From the NCBI GenBank assembly GCA_038087875.1, contig CM075978.1:103912001-103976000 (forward strand): 64,000 nucleotides of DNA, given 5' to 3'. The position numbers were made by a program, and so were the translations under genes. Position 1 is the stretch's first letter. Each line of letters starts with the position of its first letter. Below the pieces are notes generated by a model. It was not told the origin of the DNA and did not search any database. It was given only the letters and a program-made list of their open reading frames with translations. The stretch comes from Malacoraja senta. Lineage: Eukaryota. Positions 12,173-26,440 of this stretch are shown here, one piece after another.

Positions 12173-12784
12173 TGTGTGAGATGGCGCTGAGAACCTCCAT
12201 TGGAAGCACATGGTGGCGCATCAAAATAATGGAATGAGTTCACCACCTCCCAAACTACCCATGCACTCAAACCATCAAGCTGAATCATATGTCCCACACT
12301 GGGCCTCATCAATCAACTCTGAACTCACTGAATTTAATTAGATATACGTAAGTCACCCTCAACCCTGAGGGACCACCGAAGAGAAAGACCTTCATAAATT
12401 CAGTTACATCAAGCTTTGCATTTACCCATCAAACCACTGGTGATAGTCATTTTGGGACAGAGTTGTTTTAAGATCCCTGTTGGTTTCATTCCAAATCTTA
12501 TGTCATCAGTGCAGTAAGACTTGGCAGAATGGGTGGTATGAAGGGAAACATAAATTATTTGTTTGGAGATTGGAGATACCATGGATTTATTCCTGAATGA
12601 CTAATGATGTCTTTTAAATAATTTCCAAATGTTCCTTATGGGATTTTATAAATTTGTGTGTCAGAGATTGACAGAAAAGTACTGAGCAATTTGTAAATAA
12701 GTTACAGATTTCAACTCCAGAACACTAGTCATCTGCTTCTATTTTCATAATATTGTAGAGTGCAATGCACTTAAGTTATAACTA

Positions 12785-13090
12785 CTTTAAGGAAAGAGTT
12801 GTATTTACATAGAGCATATCACAACCGCAGGCTGACTGAAATATTTTTTTAGCAATTGAAGTATAGGGGCTGTTATAATGTATGTAGGAATGCTGCCAAT
12901 TTGTGCACTGACATTTGCATTATAATGACAGGGTCACGTCAGGGGATCATGATGGGAGCTATTCAACTCAGAGATATCCTGCAAAGCAACATCAAGGGGA
13001 AATTTGTTTTTCAGGAAAAAACAATTTTGAGAGATTGAGATCTGAATGTGCCTGATTACTTGGGTTTTCCATTCACATTGCAGGAGGCAG
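12785..13090 (-). mobile_element. Old DeuSINE fragment
   Basis: ttgtatttacatag...gtaggaatgctgccaatttgtgcac is the complement of the DeuSINE tail. Confidence 0.5.
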
Positions 13091-14384
13091 CAGATGGTAA
13101 GAACAGCTGAATCTTTAAAATAAAGTTCTTGATGGATGAGAGCCAACCCAGCAAGTACCTTGTTGAGGATGAGCTAGATAAACACAGAGATTTAAACATC
13201 CTCATTGCCATAGTACTGACAGAGCAGTTTAAAAAGTCGGCAGCTGTAAAGAATATAAAGCATTCATATACCAAGAACCCAGCCAAAATTACTTAAAAGC
13301 ATGCAGTTTAAACAAACAAAAATGCTGTGAAAATGATGAAAACATGTTGAATGAGGGTTGTTTGAAGAGGGCTTAGTTGAAAGTTGAAAAGACTGAAAAT
13401 TATAATGTTAGTTGGTTTACAGGGTTCCATTCGGTTAATCAGCAGAGTGGACTAGTACTTTTAGGGCATTTTCCAGTTCCTGAAATTGTTTTTCATTTTA
13501 TGGAGTTTTGAATATTGGACATTCCACCACTCATGGTGGTCCTAATCTGAATCCCAGAGATAAACATCCATCCAAACTGGATTTGGATTTTGACTAAGAG
13601 GTTTCAAGCCAGAAAAAAAAAGTTGTCATCCCATTAAAGAATTAGAAAGGATAAGGAAGTACTTATGATGGCACTTGACCATTTTATTCGAAAAATAAAA
13701 TATAAACTACGGTCAATTTTACCATTGATTTTCCCCAAATAGTGACTGATATTTTGCATTCTCCAGCTGTATGGTTGAAACATATTGGCTGATATTTCAT
13801 TAATCAATGACTGAAAAACTTTCAAAGCCTTTGTCAGGGTTTAAAACCCTTTAAACAAATTGTTATTGTTTAACTTCTTTTACTTATACATTTGACCCCT
13901 GCCTAATCCAATTATCTTGCACCTTTTTTCATGCTTTTAGAAAACTGCCACAATATCTTTCTCCTTAATCATGTTTTTCGGTCTTCTGCGCAAATGTTCC
14001 TCTTCCATCATCTTTTTAGCATTCAATTTTTGGCTTTTCTTGATACGGAAGACCATAAGGTTGGTCTTTCATGTTGTATAGGCTAGTACTTTGAGTGCTC
14101 AAGAAGGGATCTTTTATCTCGTTTTCCTACAGATCTCTGAGATACAATTGATAAGTCATAATTTTGCTTTTCCTAGAGGCTCAGCAGACTCTGTTCACTT
14201 CTGCCTCTTAATTTTCCTTCTGCTAACGTTTCCACTTAACATTCATCAACACCCTTCCTGTTGATCATTTACTAATTTTATCTGAGGGCAGTTACTGCAC
14301 CTTCATCAATCCAACCTTTGAAGAATCAATGAAAAACTCTTTCTTTCATTGCTTCAAAGGCTTGAATAGGTTTTACCTATTCAA

Positions 14385-14512
14385 TAGACTTCTCCTAGGC
14401 CTCCATCATTGCCAGAGTGAGGCCACATTCAAACTGGAGGAACACCACCTTATATTCTATTTGGGTAGCCTACAACCCAAGGCTATAAATGTTGAATTCT
14501 CCAGTTTTACGT
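14385..14512 (+). mobile_element. Penelope-like GIY-YIG C-terminal fragment
   Basis: LGLHHCQSEATFKLEEHHLIFYLGSLQPKAINVEFSSF. Confidence 0.85.
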
Positions 14513-14779
14513 CACTGACTAAACGCCCATGTGAACATTAAATAGAATTTGAAGGTAGAGTAACAACATTTTTTGGGGTGCGCTGCTGAAACATTATGTT
14601 GCACATAAAGGCAAAGACTTATATTTTGCTTACTCTACTATCATGGAATCTGCAGAGAAAAGTAAGTTGGCCTAGGTTGTGAGTTAGAGAGGCCCAAGAT
14701 ATATTGGGCCAAATATAAATAGGTCCAAGATATATATATAGGTCACTGGGACCTCCAACATGAGATGACGTGGTCCTGA

Positions 14780-14870
14780 TGGAGACACAAAATGCTGAAG
14801 TAACTCTGCGGGACAGGCATGGGTGACGTTTCGGGTCGAGACCCTTCTTCAGATCCTGAGGGAGAGACAT
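14780..14870 (-). mobile_element. Penelope-like pLTR fragment with the most intact hammerhead-like core (14825-14852)
   Basis: Minus strand reads ctgaaga-agggtctcgaccc-gaaa-cgtc. Confidence 0.75.
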
Positions 14871-15211
14871 TTGGTAGAAGCAAGGAACAAAAAGCTTGTC
14901 ATAGGTTTAAGGATTATCTTAAACAAGTTTAAAGATTTAAGGATTATCTTAAACAAGTAGTAAATCTCAGAAGCTAGAAAGGAAGGCAGATTTACCAGTG
15001 GTGATGAAAAAAAATCTGTGACAAGGTAAGTGAAATCTGATATTTAATTACAGAGCTTAAGACAAAGAACGATGATGAAAATTGGAGGCCCAGGGGATGA
15101 AAGGAACACAGACTTCAATTAATCCTTCAATTTTGTGACTGCAAGAAATTATGCAATTGACAATGTTAAACATTGACCTAAATATTTTTTTTTTTAATAT
15201 TTCCTGCACAG

Positions 15212-15370
15212 GTTCATATTTTGGTAAATCAAAACAGTGTTAAACTGATCGTGGACTGTCAAGAAATTGAAGAGAAGATGGCAAACCCACCTGGCAATAT
15301 AACAACAAATGGATATGAAAGCCTTGGAAAACTGGTTAAATCTCGAGGGCCAAAGGGCAAGTCTGCTGCA
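15212..15370 (+). CDS. COL12A1: Collagen XII alpha-1 exon, TSPN (laminin G-like) domain: VHILVNQNSVKLIVDCQEIEEK...GKSAA
   Basis: ttcctgcacag acceptor, gtaagt donor, 159 nt, phase 0-0; matches FACIT TSPN. Confidence 0.95.
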
Positions 15371-16019
15371 GTAAGTGGTGTACATTTTGTTGTTAAAGAG
15401 CAATTACATTCACTACGGTGTTCGATGCTCATTTATAAACATTCCTTCCAGATTGTTGGTTTGCAATTCATTTTTATGCAATCGCAGAACCTTAAGTAAC
15501 TTTTGAGGAGAAATTAGGTCCTTTCTCCTTAGCTTCAATCTGAAACGGAATTAGTAATGGCACAGTCTGTGCCAGTGATAAATATCAGATAGCACATTTC
15601 CTCCTCCCTGCCGCATACAAATGTTATTCATCAGTTTCATTTCTCAATGTGGCTTACACTACCTATTCAGGGCCCATGGGGTTATGTATATCAACCAAGA
15701 ACCCAAGATGATGCTGTTAGAGAATAGAGACATACATAAAAAATTAAGATATTTATTTTTATCAAATCTACAACTTACCCCTCCACTCTTTGTATCAAAC
15801 TACCTTTTCATTTGCCTTGCACTTTCCTCTTAACTTACTTAATTTGCAAAGTTAATATCACGTGCTGTCTGAAAGAGATAGAACAGATTTAAACTGCATC
15901 TCCATGTGTTAGTGATAATGTACTGTGACGTTGTATGCCTAGAGAGTTTATGATTTCCTTCCAGTGGTCACGGCACAAAATACTTCCAACCAGAATTGAG
16001 GGCACACAAACATACATCT

Positions 16020-16420
16020 TGTTCCCCTGGTACCATCCCCCACCAGCCATCACATTCAACAAATTATTCATCTCCTTTTTGTGTCTTGCAAGGACTATTT
16101 TCTGTCACTACTTTATCCACACTTTCATCCAGACCCACCTCGCCCCCTCCACTGACACTTTCCCTCGCTGTAAGAAGAGATGCAATACTAATCCATTCAT
16201 TCAATTTTTCTCTTCCCAGCAGCCAGGAGCACAAACATTCTTTCTGGGTGAAGCAACAATTACGCTTTTTCAAATCTAGTCTACTGCATTCACCATCCTT
16301 GACATTGGTCAAACCATATACAAATTGGGAGACACAAGGAACTGCAGATGCTGGTTTCCAAACATAAACACAAAGTGCTGAAGTAACACAGCGGGTCAGG
16401 CAACATCTCTGGAGGATATT
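16020..16420. mobile_element. Degraded Penelope-like fragments (+ strand coding remnant, then a - strand pLTR start)
   Basis: TFPRCKKRCNT motif similar to 10450; ggaactgcagatgctgg module. Confidence 0.65.
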
Positions 16421-17129
16421 GTTCAGTTGTGTTTATTGTCATGTGTGCTGAGGTACAGTTTGTTGTGTGCTAACCAGTCAGCAGAAAGACAACATGATTA
16501 CAATTGATCCATTTATAGTGTATAGATACATGATAAGGGAATAACAAGGTAAAGCCAGCAAAGTCTGGTCAAGGATAGTCCGAGGGTCATCAAAGAGGTA
16601 GATACTGGTTGTGGTAGGATATGAATAGACTATGTTTTAGGTTGCGATCCTTCTTCACACCAATTGCAGTGGGGGGGGGGGGGGAGAACGCTGGAAAAGA
16701 GGTTGTGGTGGGACAAAGCCTGGCAAGTGATAGATGGATACACGTGAAGGGATTCTGATAGGCAGATGTGTGGACAAATGCTAGAGATGGAAAGGAGGAA
16801 AAGGATATTAGGTAAGGAGAGATAAGGAGTGAATTGTGAAGTCAGAGGGAGGGGTTATAGGTGGAAGGCAACAGGGGGAGGGGGAGGGGGAAGGGATAAT
16901 GGGATAAATTTGTGCACTTGGTGGGACAAAGGGAAGCGGGCGGGGAGGGGTGGGGCAGATTGGGAGTCAGCATCTGCAAAGAGAAGCAGAACAAAACAAT
17001 CTTCTTTGAACCACATATGATAATTGAAATTTGCATATGAAATTTGAATCTCATCAAAAGACAAAAAGCTCAGTAACTTTAATGAATGGTCAACAGAAAG
17101 ATAAATAACTACTCATATTTGTATGATGA

Positions 17130-17810
17130 CCGATACAGATCAGTACAGCACCAGAATAGACCCTTCAACCCACCATGTCCATGCCGACCATAATGGCAAT
17201 CTAACAAACCCCATCTGTGTGCACATGGTCCATATCCCTCTATTCTCTGATTGTACCTGTGTTTGTCTAAATGCCTCTTCAACGTTGATATATATGCTAC
17301 CACCTCACATGGCAACATGTTCCAGGCACCTATTGGTCTCTCAAAAAAACTTGTTGAGCAAATCTTTAAACTTTCCCCCTCTCATTTCAAAGCTATGTCC
17401 TTTTGTATTTGACATTTTTACTCTGAGAAGACTCTGACTATTTACCCTATACATTGTTCTCAAGATTGTATATACTTCTATCACTTTTATATAATTCACC
17501 CTTCAGCCTTCAAAACTCCAGAAAAAACAATCAAAGTTAGTTCAATATTAACTGATAGATAATATTATCCAATCCAGGGGTGCCAGGAGTTATGGGGAGA
17601 AGGCAGGAGAATGGGGTTAGGAGGGAGAGATAGGTCAACCATGATTGAATGGCGGAGTAGACTTGAATGGGCTGAATTCTGCTCCTATTACTTATGAACT
17701 TATGACCGAGTGAATGTCTTCTTCACCATCCACATCCTTCCAATAATGCAGCAACCAAAACTGCATAGCACTCAAATTTGGACTAACCAACGTTATATAC
17801 AACTGCTATG
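17130..17810. mobile_element. CR1 fragment (-) interrupted by a short CR1 3' end (+, about 17575-17705)
   Basis: CR1 3' UTR motifs in both orientations. Confidence 0.7.
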
Positions 17811-17885
17811 TGAACTAAAGTTTATACAGCTGCAGCAACTGCTTGCTATGTGCTTATAAAACATTTTTCTCTCTCTCAATTCTAG

Positions 17886-17963
17886 TTCGAGATCCAAAGT
17901 TTTGACATCATCTGCAGTCTGGGCTGGGCCATTAGAGACAAATGCTGCGACATCCCTTCCATC
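17886..17963 (+). CDS. COL12A1: Collagen XII exon, end of TSPN: FEIQSFDIICSLGWAIRDKCCDIPSI
   Basis: Polypyrimidine tract with ttctag acceptor, gtaagt donor, 78 nt. Confidence 0.97.
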
Positions 17964-18599
17964 GTAAGTATCTAATACCCAGCAGATGACAGATTGTCAG
18001 GTTGTGATTGTTTGTGTTCCTTCCTTTGATTTAATTCTTCCCTGATTCAACTGTTAGGCATTTACACAGCATGTAATTGTTGAGATATTAAACAAAATGC
18101 TATTTTGTTTAAATTCTTCCATTTGATTTGCTTTAACCTGGAGAAAAGGGAATATTTGATTAATGTCAAGAGTAATCCAGCTGAATAACAAGTAGTATGA
18201 GAAGGGAGCATAGTTTTAATCACGAACAGTAGTGTTAAGGTTGGCTACACGGCTTGAGGTGTTGCAATCTTACTAGCACAAAAGGATTTGATATTGACCT
18301 TTTTTTAAAGAGTAAGTTGACACTACACATAAACACAGAAAAGGTGGTTCAAAAATCTGCTCTGAATGATTGGTTGAATTTTGGTATTTGAGTAAATTAA
18401 ATCATGTATTTCCACGTGCAAAAAGATAATGTACTGGAGGAATTCAGTAGGCCAGAACCCTTCTTCAGATTGATTGGAGTGGGGAGGAGAAAGTTGCAAT
18501 AGAGGTGGGGTAGGGGATTATTATTGGTAGATGGGTGGAATAAGTGATTAGGGTAGAAGTGAAAGGGAGACAAGAGTGTCCGATAAGGAAAGAAGGTCT

Positions 18600-20285
18600 G
18601 ACAGTCTGCTGGAAATTTGACCGGGGGTCAAATAAGATGGAGGAACTGAGTGAAATCCAGGTTAGCCAGGAGTGGTGTTAGGTAAATTGAATGGATTAAA
18701 GGCTGATAAATCCCCAGGGCCAGATAAGTTGCATCCCAGAGTACTTAAGGAAGTAGCCCCAGAAATAGTGGATGCATTAGTGATAATTTTTCAAAACTCT
18801 TTAGATTCAGGAGTGAGGATTGGAGGGTAGCTAATGTAACCCCACTTTTTAAAAAGGGAGGGAGAGAGAAAACGGGGAATTACAGACCAGTCTAACATCG
18901 GTAGTGGGGAAAAATGCTAGAGTCAGTTATTAAAGATGGGATAGCAGCACATTTGGAAAGTGGTGAATTCATTGGACAAAGTCAGCATGGATTTATGAAA
19001 GGTAAATCATGTCTGACGAATCTTATAGAATTTTTCGAGGATGTAACTAGTAGAGTGGATAAGGGAGAACCAGTGGATGTGTTATATCTGGACTTTCAGA
19101 AGGCTTTTGACAAGGTCCCACATAAGAGATTAGTATGCAAACTTAAAGCACACGGTATTGGGGGTTCAGTATTGATGTGGATAGAGAACTGGCTGGCAGA
19201 CAGGAAGCAAAGTGTAGGAGTAAACGGGTCCTTTTCAGAATGGCAGGCAGTGACTAGTGGGGTACCGCAAGGCTCAGTGCTTGGACCCCAACTATTTACA
19301 ATATATATTAATGATCTGGATGAGGGAATTGAATGCAACATCTCCAAGTTTGCAGATGACACGAAGCTGGGGGGGCAGTGTTAGCTGTGAGGAGGATGCT
19401 AGGAGGCTGCAAGGTGACTTGGATAGGTTGGGTGAGTGGGCAAATGCATGGCAGATGCAGTATAATGTGGATAAATGTGAGGTTATCGACTTTGATGGCA
19501 AAAACAGGAAAGTAGACTATTATCTGAATGGTGGCCGATTAGGAAAAGGGGAGATGCAACGAGACCTGGGTGTCATGGTACATCAGTCATTGAAAGTAGG
19601 CATGCAGGTGCAGCAGGCAGTGAAGAAAGCGAATGGTATGTTAGCATTCATAGCAAAAGGATTAGAGTATAAGAGCAGGGAGGTTCTACTGCAGTTGTAC
19701 AGAGTCTTGGTGAGACCACACCTGGAGTATTGTGTACAGTTTTGGTCTCCTAATCTGAGGAAAGACATTCTTGCCATAGAGGGAGTACAGAGAAGGTTTA
19801 CCAGACTGATTCCTGGGATGGCAGGACTTTCATATAAAGAAAGACTGGATAGACTCAGCTTGAACTCGCTAGAATTTAGAAGATTGAGGGGGGATCTTAT
19901 AGAAACTTACAAAATTCTTAAAGGGTTGGACAGGCTAGATGCAGGAAGATTGTTCCCAATGTTGGGGAAGTCCAGAACAAGAGGTCACAGTTTAAGGATA
20001 AGGGGGAAGTCTTTTAGGACCGAGATGAGAAAATCATTTTTTACGCAGAGAGTGGTGAATCTGTAGAATTCTCTGCCACAGAAGGTAGTTGAGGCCAGTT
20101 CATTGGCTATATTTAAGAGGGAGTTAGATGTGGGCCTTGTGGCTAAAGGGATCAGGGGATATGGAATAAAGGCAGGTACAGGATACTGAGTTGGATGATC
20201 AGCCATGATCATATTGAATGGCGGTGCAGGCTCGAAGGGCCGAATGGCCTACTCCTGTACCTATTTTCTATGTTTCTATGTCTAT
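18600..20285 (+). mobile_element. Young 5'-truncated CR1 LINE (RT and 3' UTR), with a frameshift at the G run near 19370-19376
   Basis: [43 protein letters not shown] and RPHLEYCVQFWSP; tail ttctatgtttctatgtctat; inserted in a Penelope-like remnant. Confidence 0.97.
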
Positions 20286-21317
20286 AAGCTGGAGTGAGAG
20301 ATCTGGGTGGAAGGAGGGATCTGGGTAGCCGGGCAAAAAATGGGGGAAAAATGGGAAGTATTGGCCTCCTTTATATTGGCGAGCCCAAACGTAACTTCCT
20401 CTCTCTCTCGAGCTTCACATTTCACTCTTTCTCTTCTTTCCTTGCTTAACATGCTTTTGTCTCATTTTCACCTTGCAGCTGTATTACCTACTCCACCCAT
20501 CACTAACCACCCTCCCTACATCTCTATCCAGACTTTGCCCAACCTCCACCTCCTTTTTCCAGCTTTCTCCTTGCCAGTCCAATCAATCTGTAAAAGGTTC
20601 ATGACCTGATGTGTAGTCTGTCCATTCCTTTCACAAATGCTGCCTAATATCCAGCACTTTGTTTTTTACTCAAGATTCCATCAGCAGCAGTTTCTTCTGC
20701 TTTCATGTGCCTCTGTGTTATTTTTTCAGATATACTGGAAGAATATGCTTCTTGTAAATCAAATGATTTGGTTTCATTCCCTCTTTTACTCTTGTATCCC
20801 TCCAAAGTACTGGCCCTCAAGTGTCCAACTCCCTTTTAAAAATTAAAAAAAACTTAAGTAACTCAGTGGGACAGGCAGCATCTCTGGAGCGAAGGAATGG
20901 TTGACGTTTCGGATCGAGACGGGTCTTTTTGTGTCTATCTTCGGTTTAAACCAGCAACTGCAGTTCCTTCCTACATAACATTTTTATAAATCACTATTGA
21001 CTGTTTTCAGGTCAATTCTATTTCTTCTCTGTTTGTTTAGCATGAAGGTATCATTCATGTTGCCAACAAATGCATGTGCAAATGAAAATACTGATTAAAA
21101 GCTACCAGAAAAAAATCAGGAACAAATTGTCATGTAAGGTCCATGAATATCCCTGCTTTAGTTAATTTAAATGATATAGCAGTTCAATTTGTTTTCAAAT
21201 TTTCAATACCAACAGCTGTTGGTTTGATTAGGAAATTGATTCGTTTTTTTTAAATGTTGTTCTTTTTGTGACACTTTGTTCCATAATTTGATGGTTGCTT
21301 TTTTGTTTGTTTTTCAG

Positions 21318-21404
21318 AGAGATGAAGCAAAATGCCCTGCCCTTCCGCATGCTTGCACATGTTCTCAAGACAGCAAAGGGCCTCCAGGACCTCCCGGACC
21401 TGCT
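21318..21404 (+). CDS. COL12A1: Collagen XII exon, NC3/COL2 junction: [29 protein letters not shown]
   Basis: ttttcag / gtaagg, 87 nt. Confidence 0.97.
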
Positions 21405-21489
21405 GTAAGGAAATATTTGTTTATTTCTTGTCTTCCTTATGTAATCACAATATCTTATATAATTCTGATCTGTGGGAATACTGGGAAAC

Positions 21490-21522
<33 letters not shown>

Positions 21523-21866
21523 TTTGCAACGGAATTAACACCAGCAAAATTTCACAGGGAATATTTGTGAATATGTATATCATTGAATTCAAGAGGAGTA
21601 AAGTCATGATAATTCCAATGTCAAGTAAACAGAGTATATTGAGCCAGCAATTTTAGACATATGTTTTGTATTTATTAATTCCACTGCTGCATAAAGACTT
21701 GCACTAGACTAGTCTCCTGGCATATCAAATCTTATAATCTAATATGTACCCCGTGCTTTTCTGGGGAGTTTTGAGAGCTAGGGGAAATCTTGAAAGAAAG
21801 TAATTCAAGTGCATAGACTAAAAGAAGCATTTTGTTTGTCTTCTCTGTGTTGTCTCTCATTTACAG

Positions 21867-21920
21867 GGTCAAATTGGTGGCAAAGGTCCCGGAGGAGACA
21901 GAGGACTAAAGGGATCATCT
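21867..21920 (+). CDS. COL12A1: COL2 exon GQIGGKGPGGDRGLKGSS
   Basis: 54-nt Gly-X-Y exon, ttacag / gtaagg. Confidence 0.95.
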
Positions 21921-22476
21921 GTAAGGTTTATTTTAATTTATTCTAACTTTCTTTCTATCTTTCTGCTTAAAATATTAATTGATGCTTGGTTCCAGTTCAA
22001 GAGCAGTTAAAAATCCTCTGGTTCCATGACTATAAACATCAACGGGTTATGATCTCTGGCAATTTTGGCACCCAGCTCAATGTAATAGTGGGGCGTTGAC
22101 AAATTTAACAGGATCAGTTTAACAATTCAGAAACACATTCAAAGCTCTGAGTGGCAGCAGTGAGATCTTTCTGAGCATGAATTGATTGCTGCAATTTCCG
22201 ACAATACAACAAGCCAATCAGTTTTTGCAGCACAGATCATGAATCGACCATAGTCGGACTGGTTCTGTTCAATGTTGATTGACGTTTTTTCCTACTGAGC
22301 TACTAGTATTTCTCAATGCCTCAGTGATAGCTGGGTGAAATTTATGCATGTTTGCTTTGGACCAATCTGTGCAATTATGTAATGGATATAGATGACTGCA
22401 ATGACAACAACAGATTTATTTATGTTTGTCATTCAGAACTCAAAAATAATAAAAATGCTGAACTACCTTTCTGCAG

Positions 22477-22572
22477 GGTTCTACAGGAACTCGTGGTGAG
22501 CCAGGCGCCCCAGGTCCACAAGGTCTGCCAGGCCCTCAGGGTCCTAATGGACTCTCAATTCCAGGAGAACCG
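22477..22572 (+). CDS. COL12A1: COL2 exon [32 protein letters not shown]
   Basis: 96 nt, ctgcag / gtaagt; GLSIPG interruption typical of collagen XII. Confidence 0.97.
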
Positions 22573-23064
22573 GTAAGTCTGTTTGTTTTATTACTACCTG
22601 TGAGTGTGAGGTTATAGGCAGTTCATAACGTGTTAGGCTGATCAACCTGCTTTATAGTACCAAAGCCATTGCGCATAATCTAGTTTGCTTTCAGAAATCA
22701 ACAGCAAGACCAATGCTAGAAGAGTATAGTTTACTCAGTAAATAATCTAAAGACATTTCATTAAAGAGAAGAGAAACAATGGTGTTGCTCATAATAAAGA
22801 AAAATTCAGACTCTGACACCTATCTATTTTTGGTTCCACTATCAGGTACCACTATCAAAGAAGGCACTGGTATTTATTACCTTTCCACAATTTGACTCGA
22901 GGAAGATATTGTAATCTTGCCATTTAAGCCACTTGCCATTTAAGCCACACTATATGTGGTGAAATAGCTCTACATTATGTTGGGGAGCAGGTTCCATGAT
23001 TTTGTATTAGGGATGATGAAGAAATGGCAATATATGTCGAAATTATGTTAATGGGGAGTAGAAC

Positions 23065-23450
23065 AGCTACACTAGTCCTACCTGCCTGCGTTTGGTCCAT
23101 ATCCCCGCCCAAACATGTCCTATCCATGTACCTGCCTAACTTTCTTAAACGTTGGGATGATTCCTGCCTCGATTACCTTCTCTGGCAGCTTGTTCCATAC
23201 AATCACCACCCATTGTGTGAAAAAGTAACCCCGGTTAAATATTTCCCCCTTCAATCTATGCCCTCTGGTCCTCGATTCACCTACTATGGGCACGAGACTC
23301 TGTCAATCTACCCGACGTATTCCTCTCATGATTTTATTAACCTCTATAAGATCATCCCTCATCTTCCTGCACTCCAAGGAATAGAGTCCCAGCCTAGTCA
23401 ACCTCTCCCGATAGCTCAGACCCTCTTATCCTGACAATATCCTCGTAAAT
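23065..23450 (-). mobile_element. CR1 3' fragment
   Basis: Antisense CR1 3' sequence, same family as 42910-43245 and 45900-46125. Confidence 0.8.
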
Positions 23451-24960
23451 CATGTGGGCAGGGAAAGAAATGCCATTTAAAAAAAAACTGATTTGGTCTA
23501 AATTTTCACAGGATTTGTTTTGCCATGAGCAACAGGCAGCACATGACCTACTGGCTCTCTCTGTATTTAATGCAAACATTCTATCAATATGGTCAGACTT
23601 TTGCAAACCACAGTATGGCCAGCCCAGAATATATAATATCGCAGTACTGCAGCATTTTTCAAACAAAATAAAATTTTGAATAGGAAGATCTTATTCATAG
23701 ATCTATACTTCCAATGGCTGATTGTCAATCACAATTACATCAAGCCACAATTCTCTTTTATGAGCAATTATTTGGCAGCAGTGAGCATTATCTAATACGT
23801 CTTTTAAAAATGATTGTACCTGTAAAAAAAATAGTTGATTTACTTTACATATTGCATAACAATTTCAACAATATGAACCTCAAAAATGATTACTGAACAC
23901 AGTTGGTCTTTTCCTTGGGTATTTAATTTTAATGTTACAACTCCAGCCATTTGTAGTCATTTGGATTTTGGTAATTTGGGACTTATCAAGAGAAACTGGT
24001 TTCAAGATGTTTCTAGTTATCAGCTGTTTTAGGCTACAGCTATTATGAAGATTCACATGAGAAGGAATAGTAAACATAATACTTTTCCATTCTATTACTT
24101 GGGGAGGTGATCTCACATTGCATAAATGGGAACAATTTGGGAAGTTGCCATGTACAAATACAATGGAATTTGTCCTAATATTCAGATAACATTACTGAAA
24201 AAGATCTTGCTTGAACATATGTAAGGGATGGTGTCAGTGATTTTTCAGCAATAATATTTTTACTGTGAGCAAATTCCAAATTCTCCTTTCAGCTCTGCCC
24301 CCCCCCCCCTCCCCTCCCCTCCCATGTATGATTTGTATTCAGACAGCCATGCTCCTATAGTTGAAACAAAGAGGACCATTAATCAAATCATTTGAATGAT
24401 GCTCCTTGAATATATCTATTAAAAATATTTAAAACCTAGACTGGCTTCACAATGATTGTTGTCACAGATATGCTTTCTGTTCCATCAGCTGCAAAAGAAA
24501 GTTTGTTTTTCTGCCTTAGGTCTTTTAACAACTTTCCAAGGTGGATTTTGGACTAGCTATGACTTTTTACTCCTGAGCTTCAAGTAATCTTTCAACAATC
24601 TGCTACTTTATCCATGGCTCTGCTCCATTGGCAGTGAGACTTAAGTGGGACAAGATCTGTTGGCACTGAAATACTCAAATGAAAGTCATGCCAACAAACT
24701 AACCTCAAGGATCTGATTGGCCAATTCCTATTCCTAAATTCTTAGAAGAGAAATAATAATGTTTTAAACAGAAACTAAATGGCTTGTCTAAAGTGACCAT
24801 GCAGGTTAACTGGAACCATTAAATCAATCAATTTTTTAACGAGCCATTAAAAATTTAACTTTGCCCCACCATCATCGTCCTTTCTGCTCTGGAGACAGAA
24901 TCAATTTTAATACTCTGGGACATCATTGCCGTGAAACCATAACTGGGTGTTATCCTATAA

Positions 24961-25999
24961 GTAGCAATGTTACAAAATTTTGAGATTTAAAAAATAAAGT
25001 CTGCAATTTATCCCATCAGATAAAGCATAAAAAGAAGTTTAATTTGACACTTAATTCACTTTCATATCTTCAGTATTAAAAAAGTTATGGCCATTATCAT
25101 ACTCAGAAATTAGCATCTAGTTCCCTATTGCTTTTCCATTGACTTAACACAAAAGCTGTGATCGAGGACAGTTAAAAGCCCATAACTTTCTTAAAAATTA
25201 TGGTAACTGAAAGAAATTTTCAGGTATTATAGATTGAAGCATTCTGAAACAAATATGAAACAATCTTACTTCGAAGACATGAAAGTAAAGCATATAATTA
25301 GTTAGTTACCTAATTGTAGCTAATTACAAAATTCAATTACTAGATCTAAACATCTATCAATTTCTTAAGAATAGATTAACATTTTTAAATAGCCTGTCCA
25401 AATAACATTCACACAATAATTCACAATATAACATAATTTTAAAATCTAATTTTCATGAATTTACAGGCCAAATGGAAGGAATTGAATGTTTAATACCTGT
25501 AAATTAATGGGGATTTAATTCATCTTGCGAGTGAGAATTTCTGGAACGCGATCTTTTGGAACGTTGATTTGCGGTGAATTTAACCCCGTATTGGCATGAA
25601 AAATACTGCCGTTAATTCGGGGAATAAAATCACCGTGTCGCATGACAAAATGTGAATTAAAGGCTTCTTAAGAAGCACTTTTATACATTTAAAGTAAGCA
25701 CTTTCGTTTACCTGTCCATTGTGTGAAATCCGTCCCCGTTATTGGCATTGACGCTTCAGGAGCTGCTTTTAAAATGACTGTAGCGCTGACATTGACGATT
25801 TAATTTTTTAAAAAAAATCACAAATCGCCCGTAGGAACGATTTTGTCAGCGAAGTTTTGTACTCCAACAAAATATTTCCAGGACAAGCGAGGTGAAACCG
25901 CGTTTTAACCCCGCCCCCCCCTTAAAGGCGCCAAAATCGCGCACACGGCCAGTGGCAGAATTACAGCGCGACTGAAGGTACGTTTTGTAACATACCTAC
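24961..25999. mobile_element. Non-autonomous TIR DNA transposon, 1039 bp, superfamily unassigned
   Basis: Ends gtagcaatgttacaaaa / ttttgtaacatacctac (17-bp TIR, 2 mismatches), flanked on both sides by tataa. Confidence 0.85.
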
Positions 26000-26440
26000 T
26001 ATAAGGCAGTGAACAGACAAGATGAAAATAGAGGGGAAAATATATATCAGTATATACACAAACAGAGCAACAATTTTCATTTGACAAATAAAAGCATTCA
26101 AAGTCATAATGCCCTTTTTAATTGTTGAAATATTATGTTTGGAGAAAGGAGAATTTTAATATCTTCTACACGTTGATGCATTGATTTCTTGATTATCATG
26201 GTGAAGTTTGTAAATTCAGAATTACTTCCGTTATTAGCAAGAATATATATGGGTTTCCAGAGCAAAAAAACAATCAGTTGGAGGAACTGCGGGTTGAGCA
26301 GCACCTGTGGAAGGAAAGGAATTGTTGACATTCTGGGTTGAAACTGCACAAGGACTGAGAATGGAGAGGAAAGTTAGCTGGTATAATGAGGAGGAGAGGT
26401 GATAAAGGGACCAGAAGGTGAAAAATGGATCAAGGATCAA

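Noticed and set aside
14905-14958. Short local duplications (also near 22916-22947 and 42884-42913)
   Set aside because: Ordinary slippage duplications with no further structure
21276-21656. 126-aa ORF as an independent gene
   Set aside because: It is an 87-nt collagen exon plus intronic read-through; the same applies to the ORFs at 15221 and 41919
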